From Candidatus Micrarchaeota archaeon (GTDB lineage Archaea > Micrarchaeota > Micrarchaeia > Norongarragalinales > Norongarragalinaceae), in contig JACQQD010000008.1 of the NCBI GenBank assembly GCA_016207165.1, positions 32,001-96,000 on the forward strand: a DNA stretch of 64,000 nt. The letters run 5' to 3'. The translations under genes and the position numbers were made by a program. Positions 9,712 to 18,588 of this stretch are shown here, piece after piece (positions within the stretch are counted from its first letter, which is position 1; each line of letters begins with the position of its first letter). The notes under the pieces were generated by a model, which was not told where the DNA came from, made no database searches, and saw only the letters and a program-made list of their open reading frames with translations.

Positions 9712-10619
9712 CTCCGTCGGAAAACCTCAAAGCCCAGTACGGCAAGCTCAAGCAGTATTATGCGGTGGCCGGTTTTCGCATGCCGTTTGAGCGCTTCGTG
9801 GCCCTTTTTTTCCTGATTTCGCTCTCCGTTTTCGTGGTTCTTTTGTTGCTCCGATTGAGCCTGGTCGTATCCGTGGTCGCGTTTTTGACGTTCATGAGTT
9901 TTGCCGTCTCCATTCCGTTGACCATCCGCAACAACCGCATCGACGCCATCGAAGCCAACCTGCCGGATGCACTCAAGCACATGGCTTTGGTGCTCAAGTC
10001 CGGGGGCACCACTGAGGCCGCGTTGCAGGAAGTCGCGCAAGCCGAGTACGGGCCCGTGAGCGACGACCTCAAAACGTCGCTGGTGCAGTTGCAGGAGGGC
10101 AAATCTTTTGAGGAAGTCTTGGAGGAGGCGGCCAAAAAATCCGGTTCGCTTCTCTTCCAGCGAACGGTCCGAATCGTTTTGGACGCCAAGCGCGCCGGCG
10201 GGGGTTTGGCTGACGTCATGTACAGCATCGCCGAAGACGCCCGCGACCTGCTTCACATCAAGCGGGAACGACGCAGCCGCACCACCATGCACGTGTTGTT
10301 CTTGTTTGTTTCTGGCGTCATATTGGCCCCCTTTATTTTCGGTTTTTCCGTGTCCATCGTCCACTACATCAATACGGGTATTTCGTCCGCGCTTCCCAAC
10401 TCGAAAGCGTCGGGTCTCTGCGATTTGAACAGCGTCTTGACGCTGTTCTTGATGGCCCAGACGCTCATTGCCGCCCTGGCTATCGGCTTGATTCGCGAAG
10501 GGCGGTTCACGAAGTATCTCCTGTACGCGCCGGTCATGGTTTTGGCCGCCCTTATTATATTCGAGGCCGGTAAGTTTGTAAGCGCCCTCATCGTGGGCGG
10601 CGCCGTGATTGCATGCTGA
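9705..10619 (+). CDS. Second TadC / T2SS-F family membrane protein
   Basis: IEANLPDALKHM..SG, YGPVS, GGGLAD motifs. Confidence 0.9.
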   Translation: MVTPSENLKAQYGKLKQYYAVAGFRMPFERFVALFFLISLSVFVVLLLLRLSLVVSVVAFLTFMSFAVSIPLTIRNNRIDAIEANLPDALKHMALVLKSGGTTEAALQEVAQAEYGPVSDDLKTSLVQLQEGKSFEEVLEEAAKKSGSLLFQRTVRIVLDAKRAGGGLADVMYSIAEDARDLLHIKRERRSRTTMHVLFLFVSGVILAPFIFGFSVSIVHYINTGISSALPNSKASGLCDLNSVLTLFLMAQTLIAALAIGLIREGRFTKYLLYAPVMVLAALIIFEAGKFVSALIVGGAVIAC

Positions 10620-10741
10620 AAAAAGCCTTCCGTTCAATCCGCGGACAAACGGCGATTGAATACGTCATGATGATTAGTGCCACCGTCATGTTCATTTCAC
10701 TCGTCGCTTTTTTCATCAAGACTCGAGTGATTGCGCCGTGA
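10613..10741 (+). CDS. 42-aa class III signal-peptide micro-pilin (absent from ORF track)
   Basis: MLKKAFRSIRG|QTAIEYVMMISATVMFISLVAFFIKTRVIAP; overlaps both neighbours. Confidence 0.85.
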   Translation: MLKKAFRSIRGQTAIEYVMMISATVMFISLVAFFIKTRVIAP

Positions 10742-10974
10742 GTTCACCGCTTCGCTCCCAGACGTCCATTGAGTACGTCATGATTTTGGGCGGCGTTTTG
10801 CTGATCGTGTCGTTGTTTGCGTATTTTCTCCTCAACACGGTCTACGCGCCGCAGACGGCCGACTTGGAGAATAAATCCAAGGAGTACAAAGACCTCAAAG
10901 GGCAACTCAACGACCAATTGGGCGACTTGGACGGTTCTGAGCAACCCGGCCCGTCGCCGTCGCCGGCTGGATGA
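10738..10974 (+). CDS. Class III signal-peptide pilin
   Basis: RS|QTSIEYVMILGGVLLIV. Confidence 0.85.
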   Translation: MSSPLRSQTSIEYVMILGGVLLIVSLFAYFLLNTVYAPQTADLENKSKEYKDLKGQLNDQLGDLDGSEQPGPSPSPAG

Positions 10975-11037
10975 CAAAGGTTTTTAAACCCCGTTCCGTT
11001 AGGCTTTCAATTGAATCTCACAAGGGGGTTTTTCAGG

Positions 11038-11367
11038 ATGAAGCGGGGTCAAGGAACCTTTGAGTACGTGTTGCTTTTGGGCGGCGTTTTGTTGATCGTG
11101 GTTTTGGCTATCGTTGTTTTGCAGCAGACGGCGCAACAGGGCTTCCAGGGCGCGGGCCAGCAACAGTGTACGGCGCGCTTGTTGACGGACATTTCCTGTC
11201 GCAACGCGCAAGGCAACTTTAACAGTTGTGGCGTCGTGACGGCCTCCACGTATCAGGGTTGCCAATTCCAGGCAGGCACGTTTACCACGGCCGCGCCGAC
11301 GGGTTGCACCAACACCATTGACGCCGCCACGCAGCGGTACTGCGGCCGCGCGCCGATTGGTCCGTAA
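11038..11367 (+). CDS. Probable major pilin 1 (6 Cys head)
   Basis: MKRG|QGTFEYVLLLGGVLLIVV; own TTTTTAAA box at ~10980 and T-rich terminator. Confidence 0.88.
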   Translation: MKRGQGTFEYVLLLGGVLLIVVLAIVVLQQTAQQGFQGAGQQQCTARLLTDISCRNAQGNFNSCGVVTASTYQGCQFQAGTFTTAAPTGCTNTIDAATQRYCGRAPIGP

Positions 11368-11372
11368 AACGG

Positions 11373-11433
11373 TTTTTTTTCCCCGTTTTCCTTTTTTTCT
11401 TTTCGTATTCCTTTTTTTTCGTTCCTCTTTTTT
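11373..11433 (+). terminator. Oligo-T terminator after pilin 1
   Basis: Several consecutive T-runs directly after the stop codon. Confidence 0.65.
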
Positions 11434-11470
11434 CCTAAAGGCTTAAATTTTGTGGTTGTTTGGCTGGTTC

Positions 11471-11806
11471 ATGCGTTTGCGGCGGGGTCAAGGAACCTTT
11501 GAGTACGTGTTGCTTTTGGGCGGCGTTTTGTTGATCGTGGTTTTGGCTATCGTTGTTTTGCAGCAGACGGCTCAAGAAAGTTTTCGGGACGCCGGCTCCA
11601 AGCAGTGCGCGGCGCGCTTGCTCACGGATTTAGAGTGCCACGATGCCGACGGTTCTTGGAATGCGTGCGAGGACGTGGATGCATCGCGGTATGCGGGGTG
11701 CGTGTTTGGGTCGGAGACGTTTACCGCCGTGAGTCCGAGGGCGGGTTGCGAGGCGTTGGATGACCCCTTGACGGAGCGGTACTGCGGCAAGCCCCCGGTG
11801 TCGTAA
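11471..11806 (+). CDS. Pilin 2, paralog of pilin 1
   Basis: RRG|QGTFEYVLLLGG; 90 bp identical to pilin 1; same six Cys. Confidence 0.88.
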   Translation: MRLRRGQGTFEYVLLLGGVLLIVVLAIVVLQQTAQESFRDAGSKQCAARLLTDLECHDADGSWNACEDVDASRYAGCVFGSETFTAVSPRAGCEALDDPLTERYCGKPPVS

Positions 11807-11852
11807 GGGCTTTTGGTAAATGCTTTTTAACGAGGGTCACGTCGTGTCTTTC

Positions 11853-12029
11853 ATGCGGAATAAAGTTCGGGCCCAAGCCGCCATTGAATACATTTTACTG
11901 GTTTCGTTTGGCTTGTTCGTCGTCATCGTCGGCTTCACGTTGGCTTTTTACGTGAAGAGCTTCACGGATTCCGCGTTGGCCTTGGTCGCGGAGAACCGGG
12001 ATGCCATGCTGGGCTTTTTGTTGCGTTGA
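11853..12029 (+). CDS. Short class III signal-peptide pilin
   Basis: MRNKVRA|QAAIEYILLVSFG. Confidence 0.85.
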   Translation: MRNKVRAQAAIEYILLVSFGLFVVIVGFTLAFYVKSFTDSALALVAENRDAMLGFLLR

Positions 12030-12132
12030 TTTGATTCGCGTTAGCCGGGGGTTCGGGGGAACCTGGGACTATAGGGGGCGGAGCCCCCTGTGGTCCGGGC
12101 GTGAGAACCGGGATGCCATGCTGGGCTTTTTG
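12030..12132 (+). mobile_element. ~73-bp hairpin element (family B) plus duplicated pilin 3' end
   Basis: 11991-12020 repeated exactly at 12103-12132; intervening DNA carries GGACTATAGGGGGC-GGA-GCCCCCTGTGGTCC; homologous to 44138-44206. Mobility is inferred. Confidence 0.65.
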
Positions 12133-12181
12133 CTTCGGTAGACGGAAATCCTTTTCTGTCCGTGTATCCTTTTTTCTCTGC

Positions 12182-12697
12182 ATGAAAGCGTTGCGGCGCG
12201 AGTTTGAGGATTTGCATGGGTGGAGGCTCGTTGAAGCGGATCGGGTTTTCCGGTCCAGAAAGCCTCTTGTTCCAGGTCAGCCGTTGGACGTGAGCTTTAA
12301 TTCAGGCATTCGGTTGTATGCGCCTATACTTCGATTTCAGGTTCCTTTGGATGCCGTCCTGAGGCGGAAGCGAGCCGAGGCGTTGCGCGACCGATGGAAT
12401 CTGATTCAACGGCCTTCGCTGGACTCCGCAGACTCGCGGGCCAGAATTCGGTACTACCTGGATACGCATCGCTTTCAACGGGTCCGCGATTTGTTTAACG
12501 ATTCGCGATTGCATCGGGACCTCCGTGCGGAAGTGGCGGCTCCACTGCGCACGTTCTTCGGTGGGTTATTGGATTCCGGACGGTTTGACGGGGCGCGGTT
12601 TCAGCCTTACTACGTACTTCGGAAACTCGATGACGCGTCGGGAAAACCCGTTTTGGAGTTGCTTGTTTCCTTTGCGCGGATGACGCCGCAAGGGTGA
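12182..12697 (+). CDS. Hypothetical Arg-rich soluble protein interrupting the pilus locus
   Basis: Open frame from ATG 12182; codon style differs from neighbours; no motif recognised. Confidence 0.6.
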   Translation: MKALRREFEDLHGWRLVEADRVFRSRKPLVPGQPLDVSFNSGIRLYAPILRFQVPLDAVLRRKRAEALRDRWNLIQRPSLDSADSRARIRYYLDTHRFQRVRDLFNDSRLHRDLRAEVAAPLRTFFGGLLDSGRFDGARFQPYYVLRKLDDASGKPVLELLVSFARMTPQG

Positions 12698-13161
12698 GTG
12701 GATTTTTTTTCTACCCGTGGTTTTTCTTTTCTTTTTCCCGTATTTGGTTCGTGTTGGCGGAAATCGTTTTCTTGCAGTACGCGTTGGGCGCGGCGGCCTG
12801 GGATGTTGCGTTGGGTAAAGTGCCGAATTTCTGGAATGGGTTGTGGGTGGCGGCCGGGTTTTCGTTGGCGGGTTTGTCGTTTCCCGTTTTGGCGGCGGGC
12901 GGGTTTGTCTTGGGCTTGTGGCGGTTGGGCGTGTGGGGTGCCGGTGACGCCAAGTTTTTTGTCGGAATGGCGTTGTTTTGCTCGGCGTGGCTTTGGCCGT
13001 GGGCTTGGTTGGCCGTGTTTCTGGCTTCCGCGGTCTTGTTGGCCGGGTGGTTGGTGTTTAATAGGCAGAATTCGAAAGGATTGCGTCCGTCCTTCGTCCC
13101 GTTTCTGGTGGCGGGGTTTGTCGTGGTGTGGGCGTTGGCGGGTTTGGGCGTGTTGATGTGA
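12694..13161 (+). CDS. Minimal prepilin peptidase (A24 family)
   Basis: AAAWD..KVPN, GAGDAKF (GxGD catalytic motif), FVPFL; start uncertain. Confidence 0.82.
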   Translation: MSGFFFYPWFFFSFSRIWFVLAEIVFLQYALGAAAWDVALGKVPNFWNGLWVAAGFSLAGLSFPVLAAGGFVLGLWRLGVWGAGDAKFFVGMALFCSAWLWPWAWLAVFLASAVLLAGWLVFNRQNSKGLRPSFVPFLVAGFVVVWALAGLGVLM

Positions 13162-13595
13162 GTCGTGGACAATTTAGCATTGATTTTTTCCTGGTTTTGT
13201 CCATTGTCGTGGCCTTCAGCGTGCTGTTGTACAATGTGGCGTTGGGCGAAATCGGCAAGACGAAGCTCTTGGATTCCGCGGTGTTGGGCAAGCACGCATT
13301 GGATGAGTTGGCCTCCGGCGTGGACACGGCCGCCTTTTCGGGCAACCAGAGCCGCTTGCGCAAGGAATTGTTCGTTCCCGAGGACGTCAATTGCCTGTAT
13401 TTTAACTCCACCGAGAACGCGTTTTACTGTTTTGTGACGTCCTCGTTTTTGGAGGGGAGGCCCAACCGGTTGGTCAGCCGGTCTTTGTTGTCGTCCACGC
13501 CGTTGGACGTGCAATGCGGGCTGGCACCGGGCTGGCATGCCGCGTCGTTTTTCAACAACGGTTCGCACGTGGTGGTTTCATGCAGCGGCGTCTGA
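13158..13595 (+). CDS. Minor pilin (class III signal peptide)
   Basis: GTG start, SRG|QFSIDFFLVLSIVV. Confidence 0.82.
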   Translation: MSRGQFSIDFFLVLSIVVAFSVLLYNVALGEIGKTKLLDSAVLGKHALDELASGVDTAAFSGNQSRLRKELFVPEDVNCLYFNSTENAFYCFVTSSFLEGRPNRLVSRSLLSSTPLDVQCGLAPGWHAASFFNNGSHVVVSCSGV

Positions 13596-14005
13596 GGCGG
13601 TTGTTTGCCTTGCGCCCATTGGGTTCGCGCGCCTGCTTTCGAGGCCAGGGAGCCGTAGAGTACTTGTTCGTCATCGTTTTCCTGGTGGGCTTCATCGTCG
13701 CCGTGCTGGTTCCGTCTGTGCGGCAAGCGGAAATCTCGGTGGCTCTTTCCTCCGCTCGGCAGGGTTTTCTGGACGCGTCGTCTCCGGACGCGCGCTTGCT
13801 TTCGCTGAATTATTCGGTGCAGGAGGATACCGTGTGGTTGGACCCTCAGGTAATCAACCGTTCCACGGGTGGGCCGTTGGCGTTGTCCGCTGTACTTTCC
13901 GCTGGAATGTTGGATGGCGTGCAAAAGTTGTCGCCGTCGCAAACCCGCAATGAATCGTGCGCGTTTACTTCGAATTTTGCGTATTGCCTGGTGGGTTCGT
14001 CGTGA
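13580..14005 (+). CDS. Minor pilin (class III signal peptide)
   Basis: RG|QGAVEYLFVIVFLVGFIV. Confidence 0.82.
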   Translation: MQRRLRRLFALRPLGSRACFRGQGAVEYLFVIVFLVGFIVAVLVPSVRQAEISVALSSARQGFLDASSPDARLLSLNYSVQEDTVWLDPQVINRSTGGPLALSAVLSAGMLDGVQKLSPSQTRNESCAFTSNFAYCLVGSS

Positions 14006-14469
14006 TTTGGTTCCAGTTGTTGTTGGTCTTGTTTTTGGCTTTGCCGCTTTTGTTCTCGTTTTTGCCGTGGGTGGGGGTGGCGTTGTTGTACGCCGCGTTT
14101 TTGGTCGCGGGGTTGTTCAAGGCGTTGTCGTTTTCGCCGCCGAACAAAAAGCCGGCGGTGGCGCTGTATGCCTTTTTCGCCGCGCTTTCTTTGGTTCTGT
14201 CGTTGGGGCTTCAGGCCGGCGTCGTCGTGTGGGTTTTAGCGGTTGGCGCCGTGGCGGCCTTGGGCGTTTTTTTTGTCTGGCTGTCGTTTTGGCAGCGTGA
14301 TGTGTCTTGCGAAATGCTGGGTTGGACCAACGGCTTTGCGGTGCTGCGCGTGCCGAAGTTGTTGGTGGCGTGGGTGCGTCCGGGCGTGTACGCGTTGGCG
14401 TGCCCCCAAAAGCCGAAGGCAAAGTTAGTCATCGTTCGTTTCGGTTGGAGTGGCGGAAAGATTCTGTGA
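14002..14469 (+). CDS. Integral membrane protein
   Basis: About four TM segments; GTGA overlaps with neighbours. Confidence 0.65.
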   Translation: MIWFQLLLVLFLALPLLFSFLPWVGVALLYAAFLVAGLFKALSFSPPNKKPAVALYAFFAALSLVLSLGLQAGVVVWVLAVGAVAALGVFFVWLSFWQRDVSCEMLGWTNGFAVLRVPKLLVAWVRPGVYALACPQKPKAKLVIVRFGWSGGKIL

Positions 14470-14777
14470 AGAGAGTGTTTTTGGTATTGGCGCTTCTGGG
14501 TTTTGCCGTAGCCTTTTTTTTCCAGTCCTCGCCCGCGGCCACGCGCGTGTCGGCGTTGTCGGAACGTTTTGAGGGACGAAGCGTTCTGGCATGGGGCGTG
14601 GTGCAAGCCGTTTCGGGTCCGTGGATGCGGGTGTGTGATGCGGGCCGGTGCGTGTCGGTGGTGTCGTCCCGCGATTTTGACTCTCGTTTTTCCGGCCGGC
14701 GGGTGTGGGTGGACGGCGTGTACCGGCAGGACACTTTGTTCGTCAAGACGCCAAAGGACGTCGACGTGTCCGGCTAG
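14466..14777 (+). CDS. Small exported OB-fold-like protein
   Basis: Signal/TM then GxV..LxVxDxG..V.V.G.Y pattern. Confidence 0.6.
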   Translation: MKRVFLVLALLGFAVAFFFQSSPAATRVSALSERFEGRSVLAWGVVQAVSGPWMRVCDAGRCVSVVSSRDFDSRFSGRRVWVDGVYRQDTLFVKTPKDVDVSG

Positions 14778-15358
14778 CGCTTGACGAAATTCAGGAGAAA
14801 GTGTTCGTGGAGGCGCAAGTCGCCGGAGAGTTCGGGGTGAAACGCGAGCGCCAACGCGTTTTGTTGTTCGACGCCGACCACGGTTTCGTTGAAAAAGGCC
14901 ACCGATTGCGCCGGGGCTTGGACGTTTGAGGCGCTGGGCGCGCGAATAAAGATTCCTGGGAACGGCTCTTCCAGGAACGAGACGTGGACGGGGGCTTGGA
15001 AGCTTTCGCGTTGTCGGCCAAACGCGTTGCGTTCCACGCAGAAATCCATGCGTTGCAACAGTTTTTGCCCGGTTTGCTGGACTTGGATGCCGCCGGTTTT
15101 GGCCAACAGCACCATGCCAGCGCACGTGCCAAGGATGGGCAAGTCTTCCAGGGCGTCTTTCATTTCATTTTTGTCGATGAGTTTGGAAATGGTGGTGGAT
15201 TCGCCGCCGGGAAGGATGGCGGCATCGGCGTTTTCCAACGCGAGTCGGTCTTTGGCCCATGAGACGGCGCCGTGGAAATTCAGGTTTTTCATGGCTTTTT
15301 CCGTGGCGTGCACGTGTTCCAAGACGGCGCCTTGCACTCCAACGACGGCGATGTTCAT
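14774..15358 (-). CDS. pdxT: PLP synthase glutaminase subunit
   Basis: [40 protein letters not shown]. Confidence 0.97.
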   Translation of the reverse strand: MNIAVVGVQGAVLEHVHATEKAMKNLNFHGAVSWAKDRLALENADAAILPGGESTTISKLIDKNEMKDALEDLPILGTCAGMVLLAKTGGIQVQQTGQKLLQRMDFCVERNAFGRQRESFQAPVHVSFLEEPFPGIFIRAPSASNVQAPAQSVAFFNETVVGVEQQNALALAFHPELSGDLRLHEHFLLNFVKR

Positions 15359-16227
15359 TGGCTTCTCTCCTGCATGCGCACGGCGGGTTTTTCCTCGCCT
15401 TTCATGGCGGACCCCAACATTTTGGAGGCGTCCGCCACGACGTGGGGGTCGTCGAATTTCTGGGTGGCCGAGACGATGGCTTTGGCGTAGGCTTCCGGGT
15501 TGTCGGACTTGAAAATGCCGGATCCCACAAATACGCCGTCCACGCCCAACTGCATCAGGAGCGCGGCGTCGGCCGGCGTGGCGATGCCGCCGGCGGCAAA
15601 GTTGACAACAGGCAATCGGCTCATTTCCTTGGTTTGCGTGACGAGTTCCAGGGGCACGCGCATTTGCTGGGCTTTTTGTTGCAGCGCGTTTTGGCTGAGG
15701 GACTCCAGTTCCAAAATTTCGTTTTGGATGCAGCGGGTGTGGCGGACGGCTTGGACGATGTTGCCTGTTCCGGGCTCGCCTTTGGTGCGGATCATGGCCG
15801 CGCCTTCGTCAATGCGCCGCAGCGCTTCGCCCAGGTTTTTGGCTCCGCATACAAAGGGGACGGTGAAGGCTTTTTTGTCGATGTGGCGTTCTTCGTCGGC
15901 GACGCTCAAGACTTCGCTTTCGTCAATCATGTCCACGCCGATTTGTTGCAGGACTTGGGCTTCCGCGAAGTGGCCGATGCGGGCTTTGGCCATGATGGGG
16001 ATGGTGACGGCCTGCATGACGCGTTCGATCCGCGCCGGGTCGGCCATGCGGGCTATCCCGCCGGCGGCGCGGATGTCCGCGGGCACGCGCTCCAGCACCA
16101 TGACGGCCACGGCTCCGGCTTTTTCCGCGAGAATGGCTTGGTCTTCGTTGACTACGTCCATGATGACTCCGCCTTTCTGCATGCGGGCAAAGCCCCGCTT
16201 GACTATCGGAGTACCGGTTTGAATCAT
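15355..16227 (-). CDS. pdxS: PLP synthase subunit
   Basis: [34 protein letters not shown]. Confidence 0.97.
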   Translation of the reverse strand: MIQTGTPIVKRGFARMQKGGVIMDVVNEDQAILAEKAGAVAVMVLERVPADIRAAGGIARMADPARIERVMQAVTIPIMAKARIGHFAEAQVLQQIGVDMIDESEVLSVADEERHIDKKAFTVPFVCGAKNLGEALRRIDEGAAMIRTKGEPGTGNIVQAVRHTRCIQNEILELESLSQNALQQKAQQMRVPLELVTQTKEMSRLPVVNFAAGGIATPADAALLMQLGVDGVFVGSGIFKSDNPEAYAKAIVSATQKFDDPHVVADASKMLGSAMKGEEKPAVRMQERSQ

Positions 16228-16328
16228 GGTGGAACGCTGTGGCGTGCCGCGTTTTTTAAGGCCACTCTTCGCTCGGTTGATTGGAATTCTACCCAAGGCT
16301 TTTCATGGGTTTTTTCCGCTTTCCCTTC

Positions 16329-17456
16329 ATGTGGGATTTCATTTCGGGGTGGGTGTGGGGGGCGTTGGGCGTTCTGCCGTTTCTTCACACCAACCTTCTT
16401 TTGGCGTTTTTGTCGGATTCATCCAGCGCCGTTTCCGTGTGCGTGCTGGCGTTTTCGCACCTGGTTTTTGAGGCGGTGCCCGCCGTTTTCTTCGGGATTC
16501 CGGGAGCCCAGCACGGCGTCGCGGCGTTGCCGGCCCACCAGTTGGTCGCCCAAGGAAGCGGGCGTACGGCGGTTGGAGCGGTGCTCTTGGGTTTGCTTTG
16601 GGGTGTGGCCGGCGCGGTCGCCTTGTCCCCGGTCTTCTTTTTCCTGCTTCCCGTCTTGTTTGATTTCGTTCGGCCCTGGTCTGGATTGTTGTTGTCGGCG
16701 GTGGTCGTGGTTTCCCTGGCCCTGGATGGCTTGTCTTTCAAGCATGCGGCGTTCTTCCTTTTTTTCGGGGCGATGGGGTTGGCCGTTTTTTCTTTGCCTT
16801 TGGCCGAGCCTTTGTTTCCTCTTTTGTCGGGGTTGTTCGGCGTGCCAGCGCTTTGGTTGGCGTCCCAGGCATCGATGTCTTTTGGCGGCCCGGCGCCCAA
16901 GGCCCCGTTTTGGATGGGTTTGTTGGGGGCGGCGTTGGGAGGCTTCTCGGTGTTGTTGCCGGCGATGAGTCCCGCGTTTTTGTCGGCGTTTGCTTTTTTG
17001 TTTTTGGAAGCCTCGCCCGTCTCGTTTCTGGTCCTGTCTTTTGCGTTGGCGTCCAGCAAGTTGTTCTTCGACTTTTTTGGCGTTTTGTCTATTGGCAAGG
17101 CCCGTTCCGCGGCCGCCGCGTCCTGGCAGGATGCCGGCGTCTTGTTTCCCGAGGGCCTTGAAGCGTTGGCGTTTGGCGTCCTGGGGTTCTTGTTGGCGTG
17201 GGTGTTGGTGTTTGTGTTCTGGCGGCGTTTCGCCGAAATTTTGCCCGTATTTTCGTCGCGGTTTTTCGCGTGGACGCTGTTGGGTTTGGTGGTTGCCGGC
17301 GCGTTCTGGGCCAACGGGCCTTGGGGTGTTTTCGTTCTTTCCTGGGCGTCCGTGTCGTCCCTGGCGGCACTTTCCCAGCGGGTTCCCCGAAAGTACGCGT
17401 TGGGTGTTTTGCTGGTGCCCGCCATCGCCTACGCATGGGGGTGGACAGGGTTTTAA
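16329..17456 (+). CDS. TctA-like (DUF112) multi-pass membrane protein
   Basis: GVLPFLHTN, PAVFFGIPG, LPAHQLV..G.G, PLLSGLFG, GKARS motifs. Confidence 0.8.
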   Translation: MWDFISGWVWGALGVLPFLHTNLLLAFLSDSSSAVSVCVLAFSHLVFEAVPAVFFGIPGAQHGVAALPAHQLVAQGSGRTAVGAVLLGLLWGVAGAVALSPVFFFLLPVLFDFVRPWSGLLLSAVVVVSLALDGLSFKHAAFFLFFGAMGLAVFSLPLAEPLFPLLSGLFGVPALWLASQASMSFGGPAPKAPFWMGLLGAALGGFSVLLPAMSPAFLSAFAFLFLEASPVSFLVLSFALASSKLFFDFFGVLSIGKARSAAAASWQDAGVLFPEGLEALAFGVLGFLLAWVLVFVFWRRFAEILPVFSSRFFAWTLLGLVVAGAFWANGPWGVFVLSWASVSSLAALSQRVPRKYALGVLLVPAIAYAWGWTGF

Positions 17457-17478
17457 GACCCCGTCGTGTTGTCTCGTT

Positions 17479-17871
17479 ATGCGCGGCCAAGTCTCGCTGG
17501 AGATATTTTTTTCCGTGTCGCTGTTCGTCTTGTTGCTGTTTTGGTTGAATCACTTCGTCGGCGTGGCCGCGGAGGCAACGAATTCGGATCGAGCAGTTTT
17601 TGCCACGGCATTTTCCCTGGCGCATGCCGCGGATGCGGCCTGCCGGCTGAACCTCTCCGTCAACCTGCCCTCGCCGTGCCTGGCCGATGCCGGGCCATTG
17701 GTCTTGTCCGTTGGCCAGGGCACGCTGAACCTCAACGGCGTGGGCGTGTCCACGGCCTGCCAATTTCAGCCTGGTCAATTTGTGGTCCCGGGGTGCGGAA
17801 AGCGGCTGTGCGTGCAGTCTCTGGACGCTGGCGGGGCCGTACTGCGGCCGGAACCTTGCTCGGGGGATTGA
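17479..17871 (+). CDS. Minor pilin (class III signal peptide)
   Basis: MRG|QVSLEIFFSVSLFV. Confidence 0.82.
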   Translation: MRGQVSLEIFFSVSLFVLLLFWLNHFVGVAAEATNSDRAVFATAFSLAHAADAACRLNLSVNLPSPCLADAGPLVLSVGQGTLNLNGVGVSTACQFQPGQFVVPGCGKRLCVQSLDAGGAVLRPEPCSGD

Positions 17872-17875
17872 TGGT

Positions 17876-18229
17876 TTGACGCGGGGGCAATTGTTCAGCA
17901 TGGATTTCTTGGTTTCCGTCCTCATTTTGACGGTCGCGCTGGGTTTGTTCATTCACGCCGCCGAGTTTCCCGCTGCCTTGTTTTCCGGGCCGGAACCGGC
18001 GTTGGCGGCGCTGTCCACCGCCATTTTGTCGAGCCAACCCAACTTGGGCCAAGGCACGCTGAACGCGGCCGCGCTTTCCGGCCCGGGTTTCTGCGTCCGC
18101 ATCTCCAATTCGTCTCACACGTGGTTTGACGGTTGCGCGGATTTTTCCTGCCCCAATCCGCGGGCCGTTGACCGGTACGCCAACTGCGACGGCGCGCTGT
18201 GCACGGTGTCGGTTCGGGGGTGTCCTTGA
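17876..18229 (+). CDS. Minor pilin (class III signal peptide)
   Basis: TRG|QLFSMDFLVSVLIL; TTG start inferred. Confidence 0.78.
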   Translation: MTRGQLFSMDFLVSVLILTVALGLFIHAAEFPAALFSGPEPALAALSTAILSSQPNLGQGTLNAAALSGPGFCVRISNSSHTWFDGCADFSCPNPRAVDRYANCDGALCTVSVRGCP

Positions 18230-18588
18230 TGCGGGGGTTTTTGCTGACGCTGGATGCCTTGTTTGCTTTGGCCATCCTCATTGCGGGGCTGTCCTTTTTT
18301 GCGGTGCAGTCTTTTTCCGAACCCGCGGCCGCCTCGGCGTTGTACTTGGTTGGACGCGATTTCCTGGTGTTGCCGCCGGGACTTCAACCCGAATTGGCGG
18401 ATTCTTTGGAGCCCCGGGGGTTCACGGTTTCCAGCCAACCCCCCAATTCTCGCTTCGTCGTCCAGGCCAAGGCATTCCGGTATGTTAGGGCCTGCGAGGG
18501 AGCCGTGAGCCCAGATGCGGGTTGCCTGCGGGAGACGGATGCCGCGTTTTCGTCCATTCAATCCGTGACGTGGGTGGGCGTGCGATGA
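18229..18588 (+). CDS. Minor pilin (class III signal peptide)
   Basis: MRG|FLLTLDALFALAIL. Confidence 0.8.
   Translation: MRGFLLTLDALFALAILIAGLSFFAVQSFSEPAAASALYLVGRDFLVLPPGLQPELADSLEPRGFTVSSQPPNSRFVVQAKAFRYVRACEGAVSPDAGCLRETDAAFSSIQSVTWVGVR

Noticed and set aside
11991-12141. DGR VR/TR pair or CRISPR mini-array interpretation of the duplication
   Set aside because: Differences are not adenine-specific, only two short copies, and no RT or cas genes in the window.
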